A stretch of 60,304 nucleotides of DNA, filler included, from Bacteriovoracaceae bacterium (lineage in GTDB: Bacteria; Bdellovibrionota; Bacteriovoracia; Bacteriovoracales; Bacteriovoracaceae), in assembly GCA_018649885.1 (NCBI GenBank). It is 5 parts of 5 records of this genome, joined end to end, with 100 filler letters (N's around TTAATTAATTAA, not from the genome) between each part and the next. Parts side by side here need not be neighbours in the genome. Positions count along the whole stretch, not along the records: positions 40,541 to 55,617 come from JABIHA010000139.1; 4 more parts are not named here. One strand, written 5' to 3'. Below the pieces are notes generated by a model that saw only the letters and a list, made by a program, of their open reading frames with translations, had not been told where the DNA came from and did not search any database. The translations under genes and the position numbers were made by a program. Below are positions 43,445-53,803 of the stretch, piece after piece; the first letter of the stretch is position 1; each line of letters begins with the position of its first letter.

Positions 43445-44164
43445 TTAATTCACGATCTCACATAAGACATCGTGCTTATCAATATTTGTTCCAAACCAAT
43501 GCTTAAACATTTTTTTCTTCGCCAGGCGATCAATATCTTTTTTAGTCATGGTGCCTTTTCGAAGACTTCTTCTATGCATTCTAATGAGCCGTCTGTAACG
43601 AGCTCTTTTTCCATAGTATAGAGTTCGCACTGGTCTATTAAAAAATGAGATTTTCATTTTAGTATCGGGGTTTGATTTGGCCTTTTCAGCTAAAGCTGCA
43701 CAATGGTTTAATTGCTCTAAGCCTTTTTCATCTTTCATGTAAGAGTGCATCACAAGAGCTTCATACCTAGGCTTTCCGGAATAGCTATTGTTACCCTTTT
43801 TATAGTCTGACTCCGAAACGACACTATCTGCTCTCATGATAATGACAAAACCTTCGTGGATAACTTCATCTTTTGAGTTTCTTGTTTGCATGTCTCTTAC
43901 TCTAAAGACACTTCCCACGGCGGTGATATCAGCTTTTCTTTTATGGCGCTTCTTCCAGCGCTTATAAAACTTTTTTAGAAATTTCTTATTTTGTTTTTTT
44001 ACAACAGCAATCTTTTTTGCTGCTGCTACAGCAGACGCAGATGAGGCAGCAGGTGCAGAACTCTTTGAAACTGAGCCGCCTCCTAAGCTAATTATCTTGG
44101 AGATAGCACTGGACGCAAATGTGAGGGATAAAATGAGAATGATGCTACTTACTAACCTGCGCAT
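43445..44164 (-). CDS. Hypothetical basic secreted protein
   Basis: Signal peptide, Ser/Ala linker, Lys/Arg-rich; ATG 44164 after GAGG. Confidence 0.7.
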   Translation of the reverse strand: MRRLVSSIILILSLTFASSAISKIISLGGGSVSKSSAPAASSASAVAAAKKIAVVKKQNKKFLKKFYKRWKKRHKRKADITAVGSVFRVRDMQTRNSKDEVIHEGFVIIMRADSVVSESDYKKGNNSYSGKPRYEALVMHSYMKDEKGLEQLNHCAALAEKAKSNPDTKMKISFFNRPVRTLYYGKRARYRRLIRMHRRSLRKGTMTKKDIDRLAKKKMFKHWFGTNIDKHDVLCEIVN

Positions 44165-44414
44165 AACGTTCAACCTCTTGAGTCCGGTAGTTTTAAAGCC
44201 CCTCCATTATCGTATGAAACAGCGCGGGGGTCCGAGAGAAACGACGAAGCTGAAAGAAATGCTAGTAATATTATAGGCTTGGATGTCATGTCGGGATTCC
44301 CTCGACTCAAAAGTAAATATTGTAATTGTGCAAAAGTCGCCTCGTTTTATTGTCAAAATGGCCCAAAACTGACTTGTCATGGAGCGAGCTCTTATCTAAA
44401 GTGGTTGAAATTAT

Positions 44415-46115
44415 ATGGGTAATTCTGAAAAAGTTGATGGTCATCAGCAATATTCAAACAAAGGTAAGAGGGGGTGGCTTGAGCTACCATTTTATCGTTT
44501 TGTCCTTAAACAATTTTTGCATTACTTTCCTTTCTATATAATAGGCATTATCTCGCTTTATTTCACCCATAGACTTCAAACCGAGCTTCCCTTTTTGGCC
44601 AAAGAGTTAGGGGAGTTAGTCGCTAGTGGAAATAGTGAAAAGGCACCCATAGGACTTTATTTTCTACTGGCCTGTGGAATCATTATTTTCAGATCTTTAT
44701 CCAGAATTTTATTTTTTCATCCCGCCAGAGTTTTTCAAAAAGAGCTTAGACTTGAGATGCTTGAAAGACTTGAGCAAACTAATCCTGAGAGATTTTCAAA
44801 GTTTAATCCAGGCCAGATTTACCAACGAATATATATGGATATTGAGGGCATACGAGGTTTTTTTGGGTTTGGAGTTCTCCAGACTACAAATATGGTGATT
44901 GCCTTAGTTGTTATTATTCCTCGAATCGTGGAGTTTGATTCTAGGATCTTAATTGCATGTATTCCAATGCTAGTCTCTCTTTTGATTTTTACTGTCATGA
45001 CTGTTTTTAGACAGCCTATGATGAAGAGAATCCAAAATGAGCAAGGGGATGTTCAAAACTTTATTATTGAGAGTTATTTAGGAAAAATGAGTATTAAAAA
45101 TTACCAAGCGGAATCTCATTTTTTTAAAAATTTTGATACCCTTAACGAAAAAGAGTTAGATACTTTTTATAAAATTGGATTTGTCAGAGCATTTGGGATG
45201 CCTCTTATTGCTCTAGGAGTGGGTCTGTCTTTTGCTTACGGAGCTTATCTTATTCATATCTATCAAATGCCGGTTTCTTCTTTAATCTTATTTTCAGGCT
45301 TTATATTTTTATTTCAAGAACCTCTGAGCTTTATTGGTTGGATCGGGGTGGTCATAAGTAGAACTCTCGCTTCATGGTCAAGGCTAAAAGAGTTTGTGGA
45401 GGCCCAGTATATTCCGACTGAAGGTGAGATAAAATTGAGGGAGAGTAATCTTCAAACAGCTTCGAATCAATTTAAAATTCCTTTTTGGGACCACGATATT
45501 GAATTTGAGATTGTACCGAGTCAGTGGACCGTATTTGTGGGCCTCACTGGAGAGGGTAAGTCCTATGTTTTAGAAAAAATAGCACAAGTATTAAGAGAAA
45601 AAGATATCCCTTTTTCTATGGTTGCCCAAAACCCTTATCTTTTTAATGACACCATTGAAAATAACCTCTTCCTTGGAAGCGAAGTTACTGAAGATCGTAA
45701 AGCGCTGGCGTACAAGTATTTAAAGATATTCTACCTTGAGGGATTGGGTGAAGATATTGATGATATTTTAGCGCTCGAAGTAGGAGAAAATGGAAAAAGG
45801 CTTTCGGGGGGGCAGGCGAAGAGACTATCTCTTGTGAGGTCTTTGCTATCCAATGTGCCAACCCTGATTTGGGATGATCCATTCAGCTCCGTTGATCTGA
45901 TTATGGAAAGAGAAATTATTAAAAAGCTTCAAAGTATGGAGGAAGTCAAAGATAAAACAGTGTTACTTTCAACACACAGGCTCTCTACTGTAAAAAAGTG
46001 TCAGCGAGTTGTGCTTTTAGATAAAGAAATGGGAATTTTAGAAGATGGAGTGCCACTGGAATTAATCACCCAGGGCGAAAAGGTATATGAGCATTTTGAA
46101 AAGCAAATGGTCTAA
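44415..46115 (+). CDS. ABC exporter half-transporter (degenerate Walker B)
   Basis: TMD plus GLTGEGKS, LSGGQ, LIWDD, STHR. Confidence 0.9.
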   Translation: MGNSEKVDGHQQYSNKGKRGWLELPFYRFVLKQFLHYFPFYIIGIISLYFTHRLQTELPFLAKELGELVASGNSEKAPIGLYFLLACGIIIFRSLSRILFFHPARVFQKELRLEMLERLEQTNPERFSKFNPGQIYQRIYMDIEGIRGFFGFGVLQTTNMVIALVVIIPRIVEFDSRILIACIPMLVSLLIFTVMTVFRQPMMKRIQNEQGDVQNFIIESYLGKMSIKNYQAESHFFKNFDTLNEKELDTFYKIGFVRAFGMPLIALGVGLSFAYGAYLIHIYQMPVSSLILFSGFIFLFQEPLSFIGWIGVVISRTLASWSRLKEFVEAQYIPTEGEIKLRESNLQTASNQFKIPFWDHDIEFEIVPSQWTVFVGLTGEGKSYVLEKIAQVLREKDIPFSMVAQNPYLFNDTIENNLFLGSEVTEDRKALAYKYLKIFYLEGLGEDIDDILALEVGENGKRLSGGQAKRLSLVRSLLSNVPTLIWDDPFSSVDLIMEREIIKKLQSMEEVKDKTVLLSTHRLSTVKKCQRVVLLDKEMGILEDGVPLELITQGEKVYEHFEKQMV

Positions 46116-47859
46116 ATTTTTCTTTGTCAAAAAAGGGTTGTGGCTCATCGGCATGGTCCTTTTGACTCTAATTCTTTCGGGAGTTATCGGCTTTTATATT
46201 CCAAGAGCACTTCAAGATATTTTTACTACATTTTCAAACAAAGATCTTTTCCTTCAAAGTCTCGTTTTTTTTGGGACTTGTCATTTTCTCAATTACTTTA
46301 CAAGGGCAGTTTATCAACTTTGTATAAATAAATATCTAAAGATGCTAATAGCCCAAGTCAGAGGAGATTGTTACCAGAAGTGGTTGAGTAGCTACGAGAC
46401 TTATGAGGAGGGTAGTGACCGAAAATCCTACTATCCTATGGGAGAAGTTCTGGCCCGAATTATGAGCGACTCAGAATCCATTAAAGACTTACTAATGTCG
46501 GGTACTTTTACAATCCTATTTGATTTCACTGTGATTATTTCTGGATTTATAAGCTTTATCACCCTGGATGGAAGAACTGGTGGCTGGATTTTAATGACGG
46601 AATTTTTCGCCTGCGTACTTCTCATTTGGGGAAGTAAGTACATGGCCGTTGTTTATATGGAAGTGAGAAAGGCGATTGGGAGACAATCGAGAACTCTTTC
46701 CAATTTAACAGGGGGATTTTCACAAATCTACTACACACCTCACCAAAGTTATCCACAAAAAAAAGGTGAAGTCGTTTTTTCTGATTTTTTAAAAAAGCAA
46801 TTGAAGGCCAATATTTGGGATGCAAGTTATTATTCTTTTGCGGAGTCACTTTTTCCTGTTTTACTTATTATTTTAGTAGTTTTAATGAGAATAAATCCAG
46901 TGAGAGATTTAGTAGTTGTAGGTGTTTTAATTGACTTGATCCAAAGGTCTATTAATCCAATTAAAGGAGTTGCAGGAAAAATTTCCAACTTACAAAGAAG
47001 TCTTACTGGAATCTCCAGGATGGCCTCCTTTATGGATGACTTGACTAAGGGAATGAGCTCAAGTGATAGAAAAAAAATAGATGCAAGTTATGATATTGAG
47101 AAAATTGAAATAGATGTAAAATTATTTGAGTATGAAAATACTACTGCAACCAAAGAGGATGGGTTTAAACTTCAAAATGTGTACCTCGAGGGCAGACCCT
47201 CAGAGATGATTGGAATCGCTGGAACTTCAGGGTGCGGAAAATCGACACTTCTTTCTATCATATGTGGTCAGCTGATTCCCAAAATAGGTGAAATAAGAAT
47301 TTTTGATAATAAGAAAAACACCTTGGTATTTTCAAAGAATAATTTAAGCGAGCTTCCAACATACCGTGAGTATATTGGACTTGTTTCACAAGACTCCCAT
47401 GTTTTTACGGATAGTTTAAAAAATAATATTACCATGGGGCATGACAGTGTTGATGGTAGTTTTGAGGAGTTTTGGGAAGAAACTATAAAGCAAATTCCTT
47501 ACATCGGCTCCAAGTGGCAGGTGGGCCCTGAAGACCTGATTACTCCTGACTCGCTTTCTATGGGCCAAAAGCAGCTGATCTCGGCATTGCGCTCATGCTT
47601 TCTAAAAAGGCCAATTGTCCTTTTTGATGAAATATCTTCAGGCCTCGACTCTATGCTTGAGGAGTCTCTGAGCAGGATGATTAAAATACTCCAAAAAAAT
47701 TCTTTGATTATCGTCGTGGCCCACAGAGTAGAGACTACAATGTCAGCAGACCGGATAATAGTAATGGGAAACGGTCAAGTAAAAGACGTTGGGCGACATG
47801 AACAATTGCTCACAAGCTCAATTACCTACCAGCAATTTGTGGCAGAGCTCTCTGTATAG
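46087..47859 (+). CDS. ABC exporter half-transporter (heterodimer partner)
   Basis: TMD plus GTSGCGKS, degenerate signature LSMGQ, VLFDE, AHR; overlaps the partner gene. Confidence 0.9.
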   Translation: MSILKSKWSKFFFVKKGLWLIGMVLLTLILSGVIGFYIPRALQDIFTTFSNKDLFLQSLVFFGTCHFLNYFTRAVYQLCINKYLKMLIAQVRGDCYQKWLSSYETYEEGSDRKSYYPMGEVLARIMSDSESIKDLLMSGTFTILFDFTVIISGFISFITLDGRTGGWILMTEFFACVLLIWGSKYMAVVYMEVRKAIGRQSRTLSNLTGGFSQIYYTPHQSYPQKKGEVVFSDFLKKQLKANIWDASYYSFAESLFPVLLIILVVLMRINPVRDLVVVGVLIDLIQRSINPIKGVAGKISNLQRSLTGISRMASFMDDLTKGMSSSDRKKIDASYDIEKIEIDVKLFEYENTTATKEDGFKLQNVYLEGRPSEMIGIAGTSGCGKSTLLSIICGQLIPKIGEIRIFDNKKNTLVFSKNNLSELPTYREYIGLVSQDSHVFTDSLKNNITMGHDSVDGSFEEFWEETIKQIPYIGSKWQVGPEDLITPDSLSMGQKQLISALRSCFLKRPIVLFDEISSGLDSMLEESLSRMIKILQKNSLIIVVAHRVETTMSADRIIVMGNGQVKDVGRHEQLLTSSITYQQFVAELSV

Positions 47860-47919
47860 TTTAAAATTCTTATGTTACCCTAGCCTGGATAATTGAAATT
47901 ACTGAAATAGGAATGATTT

Positions 47920-48984
47920 ATGAAAATGAAAAGCTTTAAGATTCTGGCTCCTGCCTTGGTTGCGGCAGTAGTGATTTTACTCGCTTGTACAAAAGAAGTT
48001 ATCTCCGGTCCGGCTGGACCAAATTTTATTTTCAAGCCTGGAGCGAAAAGTGGAGTGGCCGCTAAAGTCGGTACAGAAGAAATCTCTATTGGTGAGCTTA
48101 CTAGTGGCATTGAAAGTGAAATCTATGAAGCTGAAAGAAAAGTTTATGAGCTTAAATTTAACAGATTGCGCTCACTTTTATTAGAAAAAATGATGAAGGG
48201 TGACCCCAATAAAAAAGGTCTTACCAATGATCAGTACATGGATAAATACATCGCTAAAGGGATTAAAATAGGCAAAGCAGAAATAGAAGCTTTCATTAAA
48301 GAGAGAAAGATTCCTGCTCAGCATGTGACCCCTCAAATTAAAGAGAGAATTAAAGGCTTCCTTGAAACAGAAAAGAAAAAGAAAGCTGTTGATAAGTGGC
48401 TTGGTGAGAAAACTGCTAAAAATCCAGTTGAAGTTTATATCGCAAAACCATCGAGACCAACTTTTAATGTTCCTGTAGCAAACGATGACCCCTATAAAGG
48501 TGGAAAAAATGCTAAGGTCGTGATTGTTGAATTCTCAGATTTTCAGTGTCCATTTTGTGCAAAGGGCGCAGACCTTACGAAGCAAATTTTGAAAAAATAC
48601 GGAGACAAAGTTAAGTTTGTTTACAAAAACTTTCCTCTTCCTTTTCACACTCAGGCCCATGGTGCTGCTCAAGCTGCTCTATGTGCAAAAGAGCAAAGTG
48701 TTGATTCCTTTTGGAAGTTTCACGACACAATGTTTGCTGACCAAACAAAATTAGCTCTTCCAGATCTAAAAAATACGGCCAAAACTTTAGGGCTAAAGAC
48801 CGAGCAATTTGCTAAGTGTCTCGACTCAAAAAAATATTCTAAGGCCGTAGACGACAGTTTAAGTGAAGGAAAAAAAGTAGGTGTCCGTTCTACTCCGACA
48901 TTCTATGTTAACGGCAAGCTCATAAATGGGGCCCAACCCCTTGAAACCTTTTCGGAAATCATTGACGAAGAGCTCAAACTCTAA
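47920..48984 (+). CDS. DsbA-like thioredoxin-fold lipoprotein
   Basis: Lipobox LLAC; EFSDFQCPFC, STPTF, GAQP. Confidence 0.9.
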   Translation: MKMKSFKILAPALVAAVVILLACTKEVISGPAGPNFIFKPGAKSGVAAKVGTEEISIGELTSGIESEIYEAERKVYELKFNRLRSLLLEKMMKGDPNKKGLTNDQYMDKYIAKGIKIGKAEIEAFIKERKIPAQHVTPQIKERIKGFLETEKKKKAVDKWLGEKTAKNPVEVYIAKPSRPTFNVPVANDDPYKGGKNAKVVIVEFSDFQCPFCAKGADLTKQILKKYGDKVKFVYKNFPLPFHTQAHGAAQAALCAKEQSVDSFWKFHDTMFADQTKLALPDLKNTAKTLGLKTEQFAKCLDSKKYSKAVDDSLSEGKKVGVRSTPTFYVNGKLINGAQPLETFSEIIDEELKL

Positions 48985-49009
48985 TTTTCAAAAAATCTGC
49001 ATTATATAG

Positions 49010-49039
49010 AGTCTGCTGGGAATATTTTCCCAGCAGACT
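49010..49039 (+). terminator. Perfect 13-bp hairpin after the dsbA-like gene
   Basis: AGTCTGCTGGGAA/TTCCCAGCAGACT; no U-tract. Confidence 0.5.
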
Positions 49040-49122
49040 AGTCTATGACATACCGTGTATATTTATATAAGGTGTCACCAGGATCGGACCCATGAAGGGA
49101 CCGTCAGGTAGGAGAAAACAAC

Positions 49123-51063
49123 TTGTCCATGGATGGAATAGATTACAGCAGAGCACTATCTCGCCAACGCGAGGGTTATCAAAGTGAGATTCGCAAGAAC
49201 CGCGAAGCTTATAATGAAAGTCTGAATGATCTAGAAGAATCTCATGAAGCCGTAGAAGCCAAGCACCAAAAAAATAGAATGGAAGATATCAGGGGTACTG
49301 AAGAAAAGTATGCCCAAGATGTTGTGGACAATCGAGATAAAATAAGAAAAGCGATTGGGGGAAAGGCCAATACTTACAATAAGGCCATGGAAAATGCCCA
49401 AAAGGAATTTACAAATATTCGAAGGGACTTGTCTGGAAGGTATAATAAAAAAATAGATAATATATCTGAGAATTTTAAAAACTCTCACGACAATACTACT
49501 CAGTTATATAAAAATATTTCAGATCAAAATCAAAATAATTATCAAAATAAATTGGGCATGATTCAAGAAGGAAATGAAGAAGGTCTATCTGCTTTAAGAG
49601 GTGAGTTTAACAACCAAATGAATGATCAGGTAGAAGAAAATGATCTAAGGCGAGAGCTAGAAGTATCGAAGCTTACTAATGGCCTTAGAATGGAGCAAGA
49701 AGATAATAAAATCAAAAGAGATTCTGATAAAAAAGAATACAGGGCCAATCTAGACAATATAAGGGCAGTTCAAGAACAAAATGTAAAAACTCTTGAACAA
49801 AACTTGCAGCGTGGTCCAGAAGTGATGAGAAAGCAGCAGCAAGGCACTCTGAGAAAGATGGAGTCACGTTTTGATAAACAATCAACTGATTTTAGAAGGC
49901 GTCAGTATGTAGATAATAAAGAGACTTCAGCGCGCCATCAAAATGCTCTTAATGATAATACAAAAATGCACTCAAAAGATAAGCAGGAGCTGACAAGAAA
50001 GATTGATCGAATTATTCAGGAGCAAAATAAGCTCAAGGACAATACTGTTGCCAAGACTTTTAATGATTCTAGTGTAGATTATAAAGAAGCCAAATTTAAA
50101 GGCCTGCAAGACCAAGTTGTAAAAATGCGGGAAAGACTTGAAGAAGAAAATGTTCTCAACCAAGAGCAATTTAAAAAAGATCTTCAAGGCAAAGCCGACA
50201 TATATCAAAATGAGGTATCAAAAAGGTCTAATAAAAATGCCTCAGATTTATTAGCTCAAAGAGCAGAGCACGCAAAAAAGCAAACTAAGATCAGGGATGA
50301 GTTTAGAGGGAGAGAGCTTGTCTCTAGTGCTCAACATCATAGAGAAGTTGAAGATAGAAAAGTTCAAAATCGTCGAAAGATCGATCTTCAAAAAAAACAA
50401 CTTGTAAAAACTCTCAGAGCACTAGAGACGAACAATACAAAATTATTTTCTGAAATAAGAGGTGGATTCGCTAAGGAAAAAACGGAGATAATCCAAAAAT
50501 CAAGAGAAAATAAAGCTGTTGATAATGAAAGAATAAGAACTGATTATGAAAGAAAAATGAATGACATCAGAACAACCTTTCAGAAAAAAATTGAATTTCA
50601 AGATGTAGAAAAAGAACGAATAGAAGGTCAGTTATCTGAGAAACTTGTGGATAATCAAAAAAGAAGCCAAAAGCAAATTAACTATCAAAATCATATATCA
50701 ATGCTTAGAGATAATGAAACCAAGAATTTTATGAAAAAAAGGCTTGATACCGCTGAGAGAAAATTTGAAAAAATTTTGAATTCACTTAAACAAAATTCTG
50801 ATGAAAAGCTTAGAAATTATATGCACAATAGCCAAAGGCAAATAAAAAAGCTTTCAACTGATTACGAAGATGTAATGGTAAGAGAGAGAATGGAAAATAG
50901 GCTCGAGCTCGCCAGGGTAAATACTTCAAATAAAGAAGTACTGCATAGGCTTAGAGAGTCTAAAGCTCATGAAATTGAGAATATGCAGACGAGGTTTGAT
51001 AATCAACTTCAAAATATTCGACGCGCCTATGAAACAAAAATTGACTCACTTAAAAATTCATAG
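49123..51063 (+). CDS. Long charged coiled-coil hypothetical protein
   Basis: 646 aa, E/K/Q/N/R-rich, one Pro, no Cys or Trp; AGGAG RBS before TTG. Confidence 0.8.
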   Translation: MSMDGIDYSRALSRQREGYQSEIRKNREAYNESLNDLEESHEAVEAKHQKNRMEDIRGTEEKYAQDVVDNRDKIRKAIGGKANTYNKAMENAQKEFTNIRRDLSGRYNKKIDNISENFKNSHDNTTQLYKNISDQNQNNYQNKLGMIQEGNEEGLSALRGEFNNQMNDQVEENDLRRELEVSKLTNGLRMEQEDNKIKRDSDKKEYRANLDNIRAVQEQNVKTLEQNLQRGPEVMRKQQQGTLRKMESRFDKQSTDFRRRQYVDNKETSARHQNALNDNTKMHSKDKQELTRKIDRIIQEQNKLKDNTVAKTFNDSSVDYKEAKFKGLQDQVVKMRERLEEENVLNQEQFKKDLQGKADIYQNEVSKRSNKNASDLLAQRAEHAKKQTKIRDEFRGRELVSSAQHHREVEDRKVQNRRKIDLQKKQLVKTLRALETNNTKLFSEIRGGFAKEKTEIIQKSRENKAVDNERIRTDYERKMNDIRTTFQKKIEFQDVEKERIEGQLSEKLVDNQKRSQKQINYQNHISMLRDNETKNFMKKRLDTAERKFEKILNSLKQNSDEKLRNYMHNSQRQIKKLSTDYEDVMVRERMENRLELARVNTSNKEVLHRLRESKAHEIENMQTRFDNQLQNIRRAYETKIDSLKNS

Positions 51064-51091
51064 TTTTATATAGTCCCTAAGGGGAATTAAT

Positions 51092-52774
51092 ATGGCCAAG
51101 AGAAGGGCAAAGATTGTTGGGACACTTGGTCCGTCATCGAGCAGTGTCGAGAAAATTTCAAAACTTATTGAGGTGGGATTAAATGTTGCTAGGGTCAACA
51201 TGAGTCATGGTACTCATGAAGGTCATAAGCAAACCATCGCCAACGTGAGAAAGGCATCCAAAGAGATGGGTTATGAAGTGGCGATCTTACTTGATCTCCA
51301 GGGCCCAAAAATTAGGGTTGATAAGCTCGAAGAACCAATTGAATTAAAAAACGGTGAGACCTGGGCCATTGGCACAATGAAAGCTCATGCCAGCAATACT
51401 CAGTACCAAGACTGCTTTATCCCCACTGTATATGAAGACCTGGTAAAAGATGCAAAGGTTGGATGTACAATTTTATTCGATGATGGGCTGATGGAAGCAA
51501 AGGCCGTAAAAAAAGAAAAAGATGTTCTTGTCATTGAAGTTATTCAAGGGGGAACTCTAAAATCTAATAAGGGAATTAATCTTCCCGATATTGCTGTATC
51601 AGCTCCAAGTTTTACTGAAAAAGATCACAAAGATCTTCTTTTTGGCCTTCAAAATGGAATCGATTATGTGGCCTTAAGTTTTGTAAGAACTGCTGAGGAT
51701 ATAAAACAAGTTAAATACCTGCTTCATAGTTTAAAAACTAATGTCCCTATTGTTTCAAAGATTGAAAAGCCTGAGGCCATTGAGAATATTGAAGAAATTA
51801 TTAAGGTTAGTGATGCCATCATGATTGCCAGAGGTGATATGGGGGTAGAACTTGGAAACCACCTAGTTCCATCCGTGCAAAAAAATATCATCCACCTTTG
51901 CAATAGCTATGGGAAAGCTGTTATCACAGCGACTCAAATGCTTGAAAGTATGATCGTCAGCCCAAGGCCCACAAGAGCAGAAGCATCTGATGTGGCCAAT
52001 GCTATCTGGGACGGAACAGATGCAGTTATGTTAAGTGCTGAGACTGCTTCTGGTAACTTTCCTGTTGAAGCGGTTGTTATGATGGGAAAAATTATTGAGG
52101 AAGCTGAAAGAGTACCCAAAGATCGACCGCTTCTTAGAAATATTGATTTAAGTGATGTTTCGTCGAGTCTTCAAGTTGCAGCTTCAATGATTGCAGAAAA
52201 ACTTTTTGCCAGGTGGGTTCTAGTTGTCACTCAAACTGGAAATTCGGCCAAGAAAATTTCTCGTTTTAGGCCAAGATCTCCTGTACTCGCTGTTACTAAC
52301 TCAGTAACAGTTGTTAGAAAAATGTGTTTATATTGGGGAGTTAGTCCCTACCAATTTTCAAATTATCAAGAACTCAGTGAGCTTGAAAATCAAATGCTTC
52401 AAGAGCTAAAGAGTAAAAAATTAATAGAAAATGGTGATAAGTTGGTCATTGCCAGAGGGGATGGAAAATTCTTCAGGCAAGGGACTTCAAATACCCTTAG
52501 AGTTCACACAATCAATGACATACCTAAAGAGGCCAATAGTTCAAAGGGCCTGCAAGATGCTGAGTTCGATCGAGGAAAAATCTTGTTAGACACAAATATT
52601 TGTGTGAGTTGTCAAAACTGTATTTCCATTTGTCCTTTCGATATATGGACTAACTCCAAGGAATTTAACAACTCTACTCGTATTAATGAGGCAAACGCAC
52701 ATAGATGCACCCTCGATATGGAGTGTGTCAATATGTGTCCTGCTGGAGCAATCGAAATAATCTCAAAGGTTTAA
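51092..52774 (+). CDS. pyk: Pyruvate kinase with fused C-terminal ferredoxin-like domain
   Basis: GTLGP, RVNMSHG, DLQGPKIR, KIEK, ARGDMG, ATQMLESM, DAVMLSAETA; C-terminal CVSCQNCISICP and CTLDMECVNMCP. Confidence 0.95.
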   Translation: MAKRRAKIVGTLGPSSSSVEKISKLIEVGLNVARVNMSHGTHEGHKQTIANVRKASKEMGYEVAILLDLQGPKIRVDKLEEPIELKNGETWAIGTMKAHASNTQYQDCFIPTVYEDLVKDAKVGCTILFDDGLMEAKAVKKEKDVLVIEVIQGGTLKSNKGINLPDIAVSAPSFTEKDHKDLLFGLQNGIDYVALSFVRTAEDIKQVKYLLHSLKTNVPIVSKIEKPEAIENIEEIIKVSDAIMIARGDMGVELGNHLVPSVQKNIIHLCNSYGKAVITATQMLESMIVSPRPTRAEASDVANAIWDGTDAVMLSAETASGNFPVEAVVMMGKIIEEAERVPKDRPLLRNIDLSDVSSSLQVAASMIAEKLFARWVLVVTQTGNSAKKISRFRPRSPVLAVTNSVTVVRKMCLYWGVSPYQFSNYQELSELENQMLQELKSKKLIENGDKLVIARGDGKFFRQGTSNTLRVHTINDIPKEANSSKGLQDAEFDRGKILLDTNICVSCQNCISICPFDIWTNSKEFNNSTRINEANAHRCTLDMECVNMCPAGAIEIISKV

Positions 52775-52804
52775 TAGGCCCCAAATCTGTGGTAGATATT
52801 CTGT

Positions 52805-53803
52805 GTGAATACTACCGAAATACAAGAAATTTTAGATAGCTGTAGCTCTCCACATGTAGATTGGGGCTACACTGATGTGACCGAAGCTCAGAGCTTTGAT
52901 CACTTTGATGAGTGGCTCAAACTAGGAAAGCATGGTGGTCTTAAATATTTATCAGATCACAGGAAAGATTTAAGAGATGATCTTTCAAGTGTTTTCCCCA
53001 ATTGTCAGTCCGCACTTGTTTTCTTATTCAGCTATGCTGAGCAAAAGCATATAAGTGATGATTACGTAGTTGAAAAAGGACCAAAACTTTCAGGCTATGT
53101 AACCGGCTTTGATGGAAAAGATTATCACTTTGTGATTGGCAGCTACCTTGAAGAGATAGCAGAAAAACTCAGCGCGAATATTGCAGGTTTGGGCACTAAA
53201 CTAACTCTCGATATTCATCCTGTTCTAGAGCGCGACTTGGCCTACCGAGCAGGCCTTGGCTGGTTTGGAAAAAATTCAATGCTGATAGGTAAAGCTCATG
53301 GCAGCTATACACTTATTGGATCTATTTTACTCGATCAGAAACTTGAAATTGAAAACGTCCCATTTGAAGTTGATCATTGTGGAAGATGTAAGGCCTGCGC
53401 TGAAGCCTGTCCAACACTCGCAATTGATCCTGAAACGAGAACCATCGAGGCCAACAAGTGTATTAGTAATTATACAATTGAAACCTTTAAGGATGTGGCC
53501 CCTCTTGAAAACCATCAAAACTCTAACGGCGAAGTGTTTGGCTGTGATATTTGCCAGGAAGTTTGCCCTTGGAATAAAAAACAATGCTTTGATATTGATC
53601 CCATGAAAATTGAGAATTTTGAGGAAAAAAATTCTTTGATCATGGAATATTTTTATCAGGGCTCTATGGAAGATAGCTACCTTAAATTTGAAAAACTGAG
53701 TAATAGAGGATTTAAAGATACTTTTAAATTCACTCCCATCGCCAGAACAGGCAAAAAAGGTCTTTTGAAAAATTTTAGATCCTTAATGTCTGCAAGTCAG
53801 TAG
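52805..53803 (+). CDS. queG: Epoxyqueuosine reductase
   Basis: DYH, ERDLAYRAGLGWFGKN, CGRCKACAEACPT, CIS, GCDICQEVCPWN. Confidence 0.93.
   Translation: MNTTEIQEILDSCSSPHVDWGYTDVTEAQSFDHFDEWLKLGKHGGLKYLSDHRKDLRDDLSSVFPNCQSALVFLFSYAEQKHISDDYVVEKGPKLSGYVTGFDGKDYHFVIGSYLEEIAEKLSANIAGLGTKLTLDIHPVLERDLAYRAGLGWFGKNSMLIGKAHGSYTLIGSILLDQKLEIENVPFEVDHCGRCKACAEACPTLAIDPETRTIEANKCISNYTIETFKDVAPLENHQNSNGEVFGCDICQEVCPWNKKQCFDIDPMKIENFEEKNSLIMEYFYQGSMEDSYLKFEKLSNRGFKDTFKFTPIARTGKKGLLKNFRSLMSASQ

Noticed and set aside
44415..47859. Degenerate ABC motifs (DD Walker B, LSMGQ) as pseudogenisation
   Set aside because: Both map to the same non-canonical site, the normal TM287/288-type heterodimer arrangement
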